Of a stretch of DNA of 64,000 nucleotides, positions 47,901-58,330 are shown in pieces. The stretch comes from Saccostrea echinata (Eukaryota), in the NCBI RefSeq assembly GCF_033153115.1, contig NW_026889751.1:20956001-21020000 (forward strand), written 5' to 3'. Numbering within the stretch: the first letter of the stretch is position 1; the number at the start of each line of letters is the position of its first letter. Both the position numbers and the translations under genes were made by a program. The notes under the pieces were generated by a model. The model was not told where the DNA came from. It ran no database searches and saw only the letters and a list, made by a program, of their open reading frames with translations.

Positions 47901-50409
47901 TGACAACTTTGTGAACATTGGATTCACCTTTTGAGATGTGTTCTCCCACACAGGCCTTACACAGGTTGATAAGACATGTATCACAGTGCATCTGTACCAC
48001 AGCGGTCTCACACAGGTCACATCGCATCACATCCTGGGCACTGGTACGGGGGTCCATCATTAGATTTTGTGTCTGAAGCATGAAAAGTTCAACATTAATG
48101 ATTATACATATATTGACTGGTTTTGAGGGTAACAAAAGTTCTGTTAGACCAGAGAACCACACTGTACTAAAAAGTATGTCAGAGGCCATTACGCTGACAA
48201 GTCTTGGATATGCATGTATACACTTGTAGATAATAAAGTCATATAGCTGTATATATACAAAATTCATTAAATCTTTGTGTAAAAGAAATTTTGTTCCCAT
48301 GGTTAAAGCTTACAGTATGAATTTTCTTAGATTTTTAAAACAACTTTCAAATTTACAAAAATGCTCTTCTCATGTTTATTACCTGATTTCAGAAATGGCG
48401 GCCACCCTGTCTAAGCACTCTGATCATGTGTCCTACTTACCAGTGTCGCACATATATCTACCTGTCAGGTGTTTTTACTTCCTGGTCTATAGTGGGGATT
48501 TAAACATTGGCAAAGCCGCAATGTTCCAGGCCCTCATAGAGATATTTAAGGAATCACTGTCTAGTTAGTAGAGTATGCCAGGGCATCAACGCTAGTTGGA
48601 AACATGGGATAAATTATCCCACGTTTCCAACTATCGTTGATGTCCCTGGCATACTCTACTAGTTAGTAGAGTATGCCAGGGCATCAACGATAGTTGGAAA
48701 CATGGGATAAATTATCCCACGTTTCCAACTATCGTTGATGCCCTGGCATACTCTACTAACTAGACAGTGATTCCTTATATTTCTATTTCATTGTGAAATA
48801 AAAATTGTAAATTTGTTTTTAAATATGTAGACTAATAGATTTAAATTACACGAGGCCTCACATGTCAATTTCAATAGTCCCCGCCCACTGACATCAAACA
48901 CAAAGACAGCCGCATGAAAATTACGTGCATTTAAGGCCTCCTTGGCGTCAGACACAAAGACAGCCGCACGAGAAATACATGCATATTATGCCTTCTTAGC
49001 TCCTGACCTTTGCTTGGCAAAATTTGCATTCCGATAGAATGACCAAGAAATCAACTCAAATAACTTTCAAAGAGTTATCAGAGAGACAAATGGAAATATT
49101 TTATGTAATGGTACTAAACAGGTAATATTCTGGTACCCTTAAACCCACCAAGCCTTACAGATTTAGCCAATTGAAAGTTTTTACAATTTTCAATTCATTT
49201 TCAATATACACAATCATGTAAAATGTTGATGAAATGAACATGCAGAATTTTTCACCACATCGAAGATTTCTCCAAAACCCTTATGTTTCAATTATGCACA
49301 TTATTTTATCCCCATTTTCTGACATCAATTTTTTTCTGCAGAAACTGCAAATATAGATACAAGACACAGATATACATGCACTTTTATTTTTTTTAGAGTC
49401 ATTTCCAATTATATCCATCATTATTGTCATCATCATCATTATTACAATTTACAATCAGTGGTAAATAAAAGAGAAATGAAAATTTTTTCAGTTACTTGAC
49501 TGTTTTTATTATACCATTTACTTTGTTGGAAAACAAGTTCTCCAAAATATGACACTTTTTGGGGAGGTTGTTGGTAATTACTATGCTTCCTTCACATGAT
49601 CTAGACCACTGTTATCAGTATCTGTCACATCTTTGTCCTTCCCAGCATAGCTGTGGTCAATATCAATCTGTTGACTTTCTGTTCCCTGACCACAGCCTTC
49701 AACAACTCACTGAATTTCTTTCTTGTTATAATGATGATTCCACCCATACAAATGAGTATATTGGTTTCTTGTTTACCTCAGTAACATTCACTTTATTGGT
49801 TTTACTGCATAGAAAATTCTACATGAGAGATGTACACTCAAATATTTTCAGCAGGGGCACATTTATTAAACCTTTTCCTTTGGTTAACCCTGCCTTGCCA
49901 ATGCCCCCCTTGGGGCCTGAGGGCTGAAGCTAAAATCATCCATTAATGCAATCTTTAAAATATCTTCTATATCTCGTGGACATCAAGCAGTTAAACTGTT
50001 GGCGTGATTGTAATAAGCATTGAACCCTCTCCCAAAATTTGGAAATTCATTGTTCCCTTCAAAGCAAAAAATTTTGGAAACAAAATGTGTTTGTGAAACA
50101 CTGATGCCCCCATATGGCAACTTAAAGCAAAGGTTAAACTTTCTCAAATGCGACACAAATATGTTGCTACCCAAAGTAAGGTCTCGTCTCAAGAAATATA
50201 CCTGTGAAATATGAAAGCCCTAGCAGCAACCATTGAATAGATATGGAAAAGGTTAATGTTTTTCAAAAGAAAGTAAATATCAAGGTCAAGGTCAAATGGT
50301 CAAAATTAATGGTGCCTAAGGAAAGGCCTTCTAACAGGAACTACACATGTGAAATATGAAAGCTGTAGCACAAATCGTTCAATAGTTATAGCCAATGTTA
50401 AAGTTTTTC

Positions 50410-50440
<31 letters not shown>

Positions 50441-52446
50441 AAGTGTCAAAGTTATTGGCATCAAAAGGAAGATCTTTTCACAAGGATTACATAAGTATAA
50501 AAGCCCTAGCACCAACCATTCAAAAGTTATGGCCAGTGTTAAAGTTTTTGCAAAACTGGGTCAAACTCCAAGGTCAAGGTCAAAGGGTCAAAGTTGTAGG
50601 TATCCAAACGAAGGTCTTGTCACAAGAATTACATATGTGAAGTATGAAAGCCCTGCTAGCACCAACCGTTCAAAAGTTATGGCCAAGGTTAAACTGCAAA
50701 ATTGGGTCAAACTCCAAGGTCAAGGTCAAAAGGTCAAATATGATGGTACCCAAAGAAAGGTCTTGTCACAAGGAATACACCTGTGAAATATGAAAGCCAT
50801 AGCTTCAACCAAACAAAAGTTATGGGCAATGTTAAAGTTTTTGCGGACAAACAGACAGACAGACAGACGGATGGACAGGGCAAAAACTATATACCCCCGA
50901 ATCTTTGATACAGGGCATAAAAATGATCTATTGATCAAAACTAGCTTGAAAGCCATGACATTCACAAGAACAAAAAGGCCATAATTTATAAAGCTGGCAT
51001 CTTCAAACCTTGTCAGTTACTGCTTATGTTGAAATAATGGACTTCACTAAAAAAAGGGTTTTATTAATCAGAATGTGCATATTCATTTGTCAGGAAAAGA
51101 ATGATGACCCAGGTGAGCATTGTTGTCATTTGGGCCTCTTTTTTGTATGTGCATTTTTTACCTATTTACAGGCATGCCTCGTCCTCCTAGCAATCTTTCT
51201 GAGCTTTCTACGGAGGATCTGAGGAAGATTGAGGGACAAGAGAGGGAGAACGTAGAGGCCAGGATTCAGTGGTTGAGGGATATCCAGGCATTAATGGATG
51301 GAGCCATGGTGATGATCAATCAGTACAACACAGTAGCAGCTCAATTAAGGTACTCTATTATTAAGAGATGATCATGAGTAGTTTTATATTACACCATGAG
51401 GTAATGATGTAATAAGAAATAAATGCAAACAGTTTTATTTCATGATTGGGGCTTCTTGCAAAATAAGGTGATAATACTAGTGAATTCCTCACATATGTTT
51501 AGGAATCTAAAGTATCGTGTATCAGCATGCAGTTTAAAGTTTGTTGAAATTACAAGTACTTTTTTTTTACAATTACCCACCGTTCACGGTAGCTCAGTTG
51601 GTAGAGTGCTCGCTCCGTGATCAGGATGTCGTGAGTTCGACTCTCGGCCGCGACTAAGTCGATAAAAATGGGTAGCAACTGTTCCTTCGCCATGCAGTAG
51701 GCACTTTGAAGTGAAAGTTGCGGGTCCTTCGGATGAGACCTTAAAAACCGAGGCCCTGTATCACGGCAGGCGTTGGCACGATAAAGATTCCTCACTGCTC
51801 GATGGCCCTCAGTGCTGAGTAAAGGTCAAAATTTGAAGCCCTTCACCAGTATATGGTGACGTCTCTATATGAGTGAAAAATTCTCGAATGGGATGTAAAA
51901 CTACATACAATCAATCAATCATTTACAATTACCTTGTAGTTGATTTTTCTTACAGCACTCCAGTTATAAATACAAATGTATCCTCAGCAAATAGAAGTAA
52001 GGAGGAACAGTCAAAGAGTGAAGTCATAAAAACCAAAGAGGAAATAAAAACAGAACCCTCTGGGACAGATCTTAGTAAGTTCAATTGTAAGAATACATAA
52101 AATATTGAAATACTCTTAGTAGAGAGTCTGACATGGTCTAAATACATGGTGAATGTTAATGGAGAAACAAAAAAATCTGTAAAAGAAAATAAAGTTAGAA
52201 TTAAATTTATTTATCTTAACTTATCTTTAATTTACTTGGTTATAAATTAGTGACCTTTGATTGACAGATTACGAGGATCTGGAGGGAGCCACGGGATACA
52301 GCCCCCCAAAGGAGGAAGAAATGCCAGAATGGGAGGATCCAGCCAAAGAAGAATTCGCAGATGAAATGCATGAAATCCGACGGCGGAGATTACAGAAGTT
52401 TGCCCAAGAACAGAAGGACACGCCCACTACTGACACAACCAGCTAG
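34089..52446 (+). CDS. SYVN1: E3 ubiquitin ligase HRD1/synoviolin (ERAD), 14 coding exons, 611 aa
   Basis: Exons 34089-34217, 34466-34558, 36749-36901, 37606-37654, 39070-39173, 39878-40004, 40658-40757, 40866-40931, 42875-43119, 43600-43692, 43899-44099, 51172-51349, 51956-52074, 52268-52446; all GT-AG, total 1836 nt in frame. QFYPSVVYITKS, ERSWYAVTETCLAFTVFRDDF, RING-H2 [34 protein letters not shown], Pro-rich region, C-terminal EIRRRRLQKF. Confidence 0.96.
34466..34558 (+). CDS. SYVN1: SYVN1 exon 2
   Basis: MLYIQAFV...LRPAEVE|gtaatg. Confidence 0.92.
34570..34680. mobile_element. Short foldback (hairpin) MITE at the start of SYVN1 intron 2
   Basis: tcagcgagatt..agactaaaaattttggacagaggtctct-tccg-agagacctctgtccaaaatttttagtct..aatctcgctga. 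Confidence 0.8.
36749..36901 (+). CDS. SYVN1: SYVN1 exon 3
   Basis: HLIERSWY...AEDRIDY|gtaagt. Confidence 0.95.
36957..37324. mobile_element. Long foldback element (about 180 bp arms) in SYVN1 intron 3
   Basis: cacaggcacttgggg...gatacat / atgtatc...ccccaagtgcctgtg; near-complete palindrome. Confidence 0.9.
37606..37654 (+). CDS. SYVN1: SYVN1 exon 4
   Basis: MERSPVISVLFHIRAL|gtaagt. Confidence 0.92.
37711..38373. mobile_element. Mutator-like MITE with 9 bp TSD
   Basis: TSD aagtgcatg at 37702-37710 and 38374-38382; imperfect TIR ggttgtatgttcgtttgccct / agggcgaacgaacctgatacc; subterminal gttcgccc repeats. Confidence 0.8.
38385..38910. mobile_element. Degenerate TIR element
   Basis: gatc.g.ta...tcacaaacccttgg / ccaagggtttgtga...ta.cagatc inverted ends. 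Confidence 0.5.
39070..39173 (+). CDS. SYVN1: SYVN1 exon 5
   Basis: LIALLG...GASVQLVFGFE|gtaaat. Confidence 0.93.
39459..39790. mobile_element. hAT-like MITE (CAGGG termini)
   Basis: cagggcttaa ... ttaagccctg; related to 45235-46040 and about 35100-35590. Confidence 0.55.
39878..40004 (+). CDS. SYVN1: SYVN1 exon 6
   Basis: YAILMT...NPWENKAVYLLYTELVL G|gtaaat. Confidence 0.93.
39981..40433 (+). repeat. 29 bp minisatellite made of the SYVN1 exon 6 3' end plus its splice donor
   Basis: Unit tactgtacacagagttagtactag|gtaaa, about 15 variably degenerate copies. Confidence 0.92.
40658..40757 (+). CDS. SYVN1: SYVN1 exon 7
   Basis: KVVLYMAFM...FPLFAIRPMYLSMR|gtaagt. Confidence 0.93.
40866..40931 (+). 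CDS. SYVN1: SYVN1 exon 8
   Basis: FKKALHDVIMSRRAIRNMNT|gtaagt. Confidence 0.93.
40995..41432 (-). mobile_element. Small HINE/pearl-like element
   Basis: Hairpin tatactcct..gaaggagaggggtata, TCTG microsatellite, two ~160 bp units, ends cttgttt. Confidence 0.6.
41897..42688 (-). mobile_element. Pearl/HINE-like element with ~166 bp satellite units
   Basis: tagctcacctgagctgaaagctcaagtgagct hairpin, TCCG microsatellite, tandem units (42142, 42304, 42470), end 'ctcaggtgagcgctgtggcccatgggcctcttgtt'. Confidence 0.8.
42875..43119 (+). CDS. SYVN1: SYVN1 exon 9 (RING-H2)
   Basis: YPDATEEELQVDDVCIICRE...CPTCR. Confidence 0.95.
43600..43692 (+). CDS. SYVN1: SYVN1 exon 10 (Pro-rich)
   Basis: Phase-compatible GT-AG exon, FGGMAGMPGIPPQMW... 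Confidence 0.85.
43899..44099 (+). CDS. SYVN1: SYVN1 exon 11 (Pro/Ser/Thr-rich)
   Basis: Phase-compatible exon, GTQTPQS...PPLMMPF. Confidence 0.85.
44289..45207 (-). mobile_element. Degenerate pearl/HINE-like element(s)
   Basis: agctcacctgaaccaaagg start, decayed units, 'ggccatgggcttcttgtt' and 'ctcagatgagc..ggcccatggg' ends. Confidence 0.6.
45235..46040. mobile_element. hAT-like non-autonomous element
   Basis: TIR cagggatttatcag / ctgataaatccctg; subterminal ttgggaaa motifs. Confidence 0.7.
46369..48060 (-). CDS. TRIM-like B-box/coiled-coil/NHL-repeat protein (no RING), single coding exon, 563 aa, nested antisense in SYVN1 intron 11
   Basis: MMDPRTSAQDVMRCDLC...CDTC...LCKAC..H, second B-box CTTH...CKQCDIPVCISC....H.GH, coiled coil, NHL blades (FNPRGITTDSQSHI, HIIDQDGQFL, PWGLC). 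Acceptor at 48073; AATAAA (minus) at 46327-46332. Confidence 0.9.
   Translation of the reverse strand: MMDPRTSAQDVMRCDLCETAVVQMHCDTCLINLCKACVGEHISKGESNVHKVVKFQDRKLTTLYIACTTHDKERCKMYCKQCDIPVCISCISSNQHLGHELSKILQVLDEKKDTFTKERNELNDTVYPTYQDIASDVQNRISQLEKEYGDLSTAISKHGEDWHREIDKLVKKLKAEVDEMKNTQLQTLQKHLDEINKTMSDIKDEINSVEIAIDTNDMSKLFSVTSNVHTYRNLPHKIMPTLPKFIPGKIQGEELSKLYGALSSSSLTSDKHGYSMKTTQKSPEAGSSPPVKQLLDQPETVTTIDNTGYEYLYNVACLSDEEIWTGGNDSTMKLFSINRGSLLKSIRTKSGKIPSNIAVTKSGDLVYTDYWHRTVNIVKNEKIEEVIRLQNWKPKGVCSTSSGDLLVIMDSKDKKQTKVVCYSGSTEKKTIQFDDKGKPLYSFDTTCTYITENKNRDICVSDNAVVVVNQAGKLRFRYTGHTPAPKNEPFNPRGITTDSQSHILRADCNNHCVHIIDQDGQFLCYIDCGLSVPWGLCADANDNLFIAQCHWLKRQVKKIRYLQ
48380..48410 (-). promoter_or_regulatory. 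Probable 5' non-coding exon end / promoter-proximal region of the nested gene
   Basis: Minus-strand donor CAG|GTAATA at about 48381 next to a YY1-like GCCGCCATTT motif. Confidence 0.35.
48547..48777. mobile_element. Foldback MITE whose hairpin core is tandemly duplicated
   Basis: Outer TIR taaggaatcactgtctagttagtagag / ctctactaactagacagtgattcctta; two ~98 bp palindromes with the same loop (gggataaattatccc). Confidence 0.88.
50079..50920 (+). mobile_element. HINE-like element with ~145 bp 'aaggtcaaggtca' units (copy 1)
   Basis: Start acaaaatgtgtttgtgaaacactgatgcccc, tandem units, GACA/GACG microsatellite, end atacccccgaatctttgatacagggcataa. Confidence 0.8.
51172..51349 (+). CDS. SYVN1: SYVN1 exon 12
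   Basis: MPRPPSNLSELSTEDLRKIEGQERENVEARIQWLRDIQALMD, the conserved C-terminal helical region. Confidence 0.9.
51578..51921 (+). mobile_element. tRNA-derived SINE with 12 bp TSD
   Basis: A box TAGCTCAGTTGG, B box GTTCGA, central 'cttcggatgagac..aaaccgagg' (Deu/Nin-like domain, from memory), (CAAT)n tail, TSD tttacaattacc at 51566-51577 and 51922-51933. Confidence 0.88.
51956..52074 (+). CDS. SYVN1: SYVN1 exon 13
   Basis: Phase-compatible; tacag|...|gtaagt. Confidence 0.8.
52268..52446 (+). CDS. SYVN1: SYVN1 exon 14 (terminal)
   Basis: ...EMHEIRRRRLQKF...TAG. Confidence 0.85.
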
Positions 52447-53705
52447 CACTACGCTGGTTCTATGTGTTAATTTTCAACAGTGCCTCCCTCATCCATAAAT
52501 TTTGTAAACTAAGTGGGTTGTCTTTCTTTGGTTTCATTCTAGACCTGTCTATACATGTAACCCACATGTAGGCGGAAAAATTGTTTGCAGAGTTACCTCC
52601 TCTATTTTAATTCATAATACATACTTCACTGAAAATTATGCATTAAGGAGTTTTGAATGTTTGTGTCCCTGGAAATTTTGTTGGGTTTTATCTGAAACAA
52701 TTCCAAGGTCATATAGAATTCTTCCTTTTGTAACAATTTATTGGATTTTCCAAGAAAGGATTGTGCCATACCCCCACGTACAAGCAATTCATGCGTATTT
52801 AAGATTAGCAATGGATGTTTATGCCTGTCATATGATTAAAAAAAATTGATCCCCTCCCCTGTTTTTTTTTCATAATTCATAGTTAAAATAATTTTAAGAT
52901 TTCCAACTAAAATTGGTATGCATTATTCAACAAAATATTTCTTGGAGTGGCACTTTAATTGAGGGTGATTTAACAAAGGTCAGATGTATGAAAGTGTTTA
53001 CAATGTACAAGTAACTGTGTTTGAGTATTGTGTATGTGATGAAATTATTGTGGTGCTTGATTTCATGTCATTAAAATTCTGCTCATTTTGTTACATGTAC
53101 AGTACATATGATTATTTGTAAATATTGTATTATTATTTTTGTTAATTTCATTGCATTGATATTTAACTCCTGTTTTTCCTTGACTCATAGCAGATATAGA
53201 ATTCAGAGCAGTGAACTGAAAAAAAGATATGCAAGAGAAGTTGATTGTACTAAAGTTTGGGATGAACATTCAATGTTCTGGACACCTTTTTTTAAAATTA
53301 TCTTTTCTTTTTGTTGGTAACCTGAATAGCAGATAAAAAATGTATTTACCATGCAAAAAAAAATTGATACTGGAAAAAGAAACTAAAAAAAATGATACTG
53401 GAAAAAGAAACCATTGCTTTAATTAATATGGTAAGGGACTGGTTTGAAATAAAATCAAGTCTTTTAGTATATTTCCTGCCTTTTGTTTTCATTTTGATTT
53501 TAATTATTACTCATTTGAAATAAGGAGGAGTAATGCAAATGGTCTACAATATTTTGATGTCAGGACCTCTGAATCCAGGGTTGTGGGATTTTTTTTTTCA
53601 AAAATATTTCAAGCTCCAACTTTATAATGAAATTTACGGACACAAAAAATGAAGGACACACAGTTAAAATATCACCAAATTACCATTTATTGCAAAAGTA
53701 TCAAT

Positions 53706-54385
53706 GACAAAGATTGTGAAATAATGATGCCCCCATATGGCAGCGCATGGTCAAGGTTAATGTTTTTCAAAAGTAGGCCAAATGCTAAGTCAAGGTCATC
53801 AGGTCAATATCGTACCCACAGAAAGATCTTGCCACACGGAACAAACTTGTGAAATATGAAAGCCTTAGCACCAACTATTCAGAAGATATAGACAAGGTTA
53901 ATGTTTTTCAAAAGTAGGTCAAATACCAAGGTCAAGGTCATGAGGTCAAAATTGCTGGTACCCAAAGAAAGGTTTTGTCACAAGGAATACTCCTGATGTA
54001 CGGAAGCCTTTGCAACAACCATTCAGAATTTATGGCCAAAGTTAACATTTTACAAAGTAGGTCAAACTTCAAGGTCAAAAATATGGTTCCCAAAGAAAGG
54101 TTTTGTCACAAGTAATACACCTGATATATGAAAGACGTGGCATCAATCATTCAAAAGGTATGGCCAAAATTAAAATTGGTAAATGTTTTACAAAAATAGA
54201 TCAAACTCAAAGGTCAAGGTCATGAGGTCAAATATCTTGCTACCCAAAGAAATCTGAAAGCCCTATCACCAAGCGTTCAAAAGTTATTGGCAATGTGAAA
54301 GTTTTTTTTAGACAAACAGATTAACCGACAAACGGACAGACTAAAAACTATATGCCCTCGAATTCCTGATTATGAGGGCTTAAAA
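53706..54385 (+). mobile_element. HINE-like element, older copy of the same family
   Basis: Same units and terminal structure, more diverged. Confidence 0.7.
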
Positions 54386-54530
54386 ACCCCTATGTTCCAT
54401 GCTTGTGTAAATATATACCTTAAAAAGTCGATTTTTCTGCGCCAGAAGGTATACCTTTGCGTACAATTTCTTTGATATGTTAAAAAGTAATTGAGATGTC
54501 TTGGGGAAAAAGAAAGATTATTACATATAA

Positions 54531-55669
54531 AACAAGATGTGTTTGTGAAACACTGATGCCCCCGTAAGGCAACTTATAGCAAAGGTTAAACTTTGTCAAA
54601 TACAAATCAAATATGTTGGTGCCCAAAGTAAGGTCTTGTCTCGAGGAATATACCTGTGAAATATGAAAGCCCTAGACGCAACCATTGAATAGATATGGAA
54701 AAGGTTAAAGTTTTTAACAAAAGTATGTCAAACATCAAGGTTGAGGTCAAATGGTCAAAATCAATGGTGCCCAAGGAAAGGCCTTCTCACAAGAAATACA
54801 CAGGTGAAATATGAAAGCAGAAGCACCAACCGTTCAAAAGTTATGGCCAAGGTTAAAGATTTCCAAAATCAGATCAAACTCCAAGGTTAAAGGGACAAAG
54901 TTGTTGGTATTCAGAGAAAGGTCTTGTCACAAGGATTACACATGTGAAATATGAAAGCTCTTGCACCAACCGCTCAAACGTTATGGCCAAGGTTTAAGTT
55001 TTTCAAAAGTAGGTCAAACTCCAAGGTCAAAGGGTCAGAGTTGTTGGTATTCAAAGGAGGGTCTTGTCACAAGGATTACACATGTGAAGTATGGAAGCCC
55101 CAGCACCAACCGTTCAGAAATATGGCCAAGGTTAAAGTTTTTCAAAAGTAGGTCAAACTCCTAGGTCAAGGTCAAAAGGTCAAAGTTGTTTACATCCGAA
55201 GAAAGGTCTTGTCACAAGAATTACACATATGACGTATGGAAGCCCTAGCACCAACCGTTCAAAAGTTATGGCCAAGGTTAAAGTTTTTCAAAAGTAGGTC
55301 AAACTCCTAGGTCAAGGTCAAAAGGTCAAGGTTGTTGGTATCCAAAGGAAGATCTTGTCAAAAGGATTACACATTTGAAGTATGAAAGCCCTAGCACCAA
55401 CTGTTATGGCCAAGGTTAAAGTTTGGTAAAATTTTGCAAAACTGGGTCAAACTCCAAGGTCAAGGTCAAAAGGTCAAATATTGTGGTAACCAAAGAAAGG
55501 TCTTGTCACAAGGAATACACACGTGAAATATGAAAGCCATAGCTCTAACCAATCAAAAGTTATGGGCAAGGTTAAAGTTTTTGCGGACAAACAAACAGCT
55601 AGACAGACAGACGGACAGACAGACAGGGCAAAAACTATATACCCCCGAATCTTCGATACGGGGGCATAA
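54531..55669 (+). mobile_element. HINE-like element with about 7 ~145 bp units (copy 3)
   Basis: aacaagatgtgtttgtgaaacactgatgcccc ... atacccccgaatcttcgatacgggggcataa. Confidence 0.82.
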
Positions 55670-57499
55670 TGAATTAAATTTAATCCCACCTATTTCAATG
55701 GTAGAGAGAAAAAAATATCACTGAATGCAAAAAGATACACTATGAGGAAATTTGTCATCCTCCTATTTGGAAAATTTTAAAATCTGACCTTGAAAAGTAG
55801 CACTTCTCACACCTGACTGTCATGCGAGTACTATACTTTAATGAAAAATGATTACAGTGCACTGAGGATGTATAGATATGGTAGCAGAGAGCGAGAGACT
55901 TACTCTGTGGAAGGTGAATAGACCTTGTCCATTTGTATAGATTAGCAGGTGCCCCTTGTCATTTGATGCTATTTAGTTAAACTTAAGAGATTTGGGCTTC
56001 ATTTGTCAGTATTTGAAATTAAAATTAACATCATTTTAACCAGCAAAATTGTCATGTTGACAGTGTTGTGAAAATTTAATCAGTTATTTAGACTAATTAC
56101 CCTAACCACATACAAATAACCTCACAAGACGTGAAAGTTGGTTGAATACCCTTACACAAGGTACGCATCTTTGAGAGATGGATGGAGGGAGGAGAATTTA
56201 CAGAGAAGAACTTAAAATTTGTGAAAATGCTAAAAACTGGTTTTGTTTATGTGTTTTTCATTCCAAGTACTAGGTGGGTGGTTACTGGGAATTGTAATGA
56301 ATGATAATTAATTATTTATATCATTATACTTTGTAATGTGAAAATGCAGCATACCTACGCTGAAAGATTGGAAGATCTTCAATTTATGAGGGCAGTAAAT
56401 TTGTCAGAAGTTTTATAGCTTTATCAGAGAAGAGTGCTAGATAAATTACCAAAGTTCCTCAAGTACAATTCAATATCTGCAATTTGCATATTTTTTTTCC
56501 TAATGTTAGAAATGCTAATATTATTATACTTCTACAATATGCATATGTTTAAGAAAGCACTTAAGCCTCGAAATAGCTTTGTGATATTTATGATTATATT
56601 GTTAATATATACAAGGGATCTTTCTGAAATATGACTACCATCAAAGCCATTAAGAGATTAGAGCACTTAGCTAACAGGTCTTTGATATGCCATTCAGGTG
56701 TATTTTATCAGATTTTTTTGTCCACCTTGACAAGGACACCATCAAACGGTGCATCAGGATTTTTTTTTTAGTCATATGTTATCTTAAATACCATTCCTAT
56801 TTGTAGCAATGCTAATCATGAGGAACTCATTATTTTTGATTTGCAGAATAAGGTTATGTAATTAAATTTATGTTCCTCTGATTTTAAGATAAAAATTTTA
56901 AACACCTGTAGAAAGTGTCTTAGACTTGTTTATATGTATATTAATCAAATGCATCTTATTCAATTAGGCATTCTAAAAATTCATATTTAAATGATTTATA
57001 TGAAAAATATTCCATCTAATGTTTGTTATTTTTTAAAATGACTTTGAAAGTGCTTGATTTTCATTCAATAAGAAAAATGTCCCACTGCATGTCATCTACT
57101 TAAGGTTCTTTATCCCTTTGCTCATTCAAATAAATAATTTTGCTTCACTCAGTAAGTCTGAATTATATTTAAAATACAGACAAATTCAGCATATGTTGCA
57201 GTGCATATTTGACAGAAATTGCCCTAAATATGACAATTTTCATGAAGGAATAATAATTATTTATTTCAGTGAGAGTTATCTCTCTTATCAGAGGGTCAAT
57301 GAACCTTAAACTTGTTAAACAATTGGCATCGAGTCACTTTTTGTTTGCCTGGACAAATAGAAGAGCTTAAACCCTTGTTAATAGTGACATCATTGATGAC
57401 AGATAGTCTTTATTATATTTTTGATCGAGGGATTAAACATGGAATTAAACATGGAAAACTTTTACTTTTGGAACGAAGTTTTAATGATATTGAATAAAA

Positions 57500-58330
57500 T
57501 ATGAAGATAACGAACAATATTCAATCTCGAAAGTCCAATAAAACGATACACATTTGGAGCAGAGCAAACAGGGACTTCAAAATTTAGAGGTGGGATCAGG
57601 TGCCATGGAGGAGTGAGCATCCCCTGCCGACCGGTCACACCCGCTGTGTGCTTCTTGTCATGATCATGAAAAAACCCGAAAAAATCCGTAGAAGTTCAGT
57701 GTCTTAATTATGGCCTAACAATTAGTATGAAAAACGTCAGTCAGCATTTGACTCAATGATAGGTTGTATGTGCTGACAAGGTCATTGTATCGACCATAAA
57801 ACTTGCAAAATGATCGCTTCAGACGAGACTGTTGATATCCTTGTTTCATCAACTTGTTTGTCAATAGCTTGCCTCGTTTTAGAATTTGTTCAAACTTAGA
57901 GCATGCTCTTGCGTATCGAATCAACTGAGAGACGTAAACCCCATATGCAGGTGACAAGGGTATATTGCTACATAAGTAAGGGAAGTTGACCATTGAAAAG
58001 TTGAAGTCATTACGTTTATCATGAAGCTTTGTTGTTAGGTTACTATTAACATCTTTTTCTAGTAAAATATCTAAATATGGTATCTTTTATTTCAAGCACA
58101 CTGGGATATATCGAGTCGACATATAAATGGAAGTAACTATAATAATTGTTAATTGATAATATGTCGTCGATATATCGAAATGTCGAGTTGAGGGCTACAG
58201 CAAGTGTTTTCTTCTTCTCATATAGAAATTTTTGAATAAATTCTCCTTCATATGAATACAGGAATAGGTCTGCTAATAATCTGCACAATTGGTACCCATG
58301 GGAATTCCAAAAGATAGTTGGAAGACTTTT
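57500..58330 (-). pseudogene. Decayed Penelope-like reverse transcriptase fragment
   Basis: Frameshifted GIPMGTNC..LLADLFLYSYE, FRYIDD, NFPYLCSNIPLSPAYGVYVSQLIRYARACS. Confidence 0.8.

Noticed and set aside
48061-48300. 80-aa N-terminal extension of the TRIM-like ORF
   Set aside because: It runs through an acceptor-like site and repeat-derived sequence; the family-typical start is MDPR..AQD.
51578-51655. tRNA gene
   Set aside because: A and B boxes are present but the acceptor stem is poor; the sequence continues into a SINE body, tail and TSD.
49983-55724. Lys/Val-rich short ORFs in the satellite elements
   Set aside because: Translations of tandem repeats.
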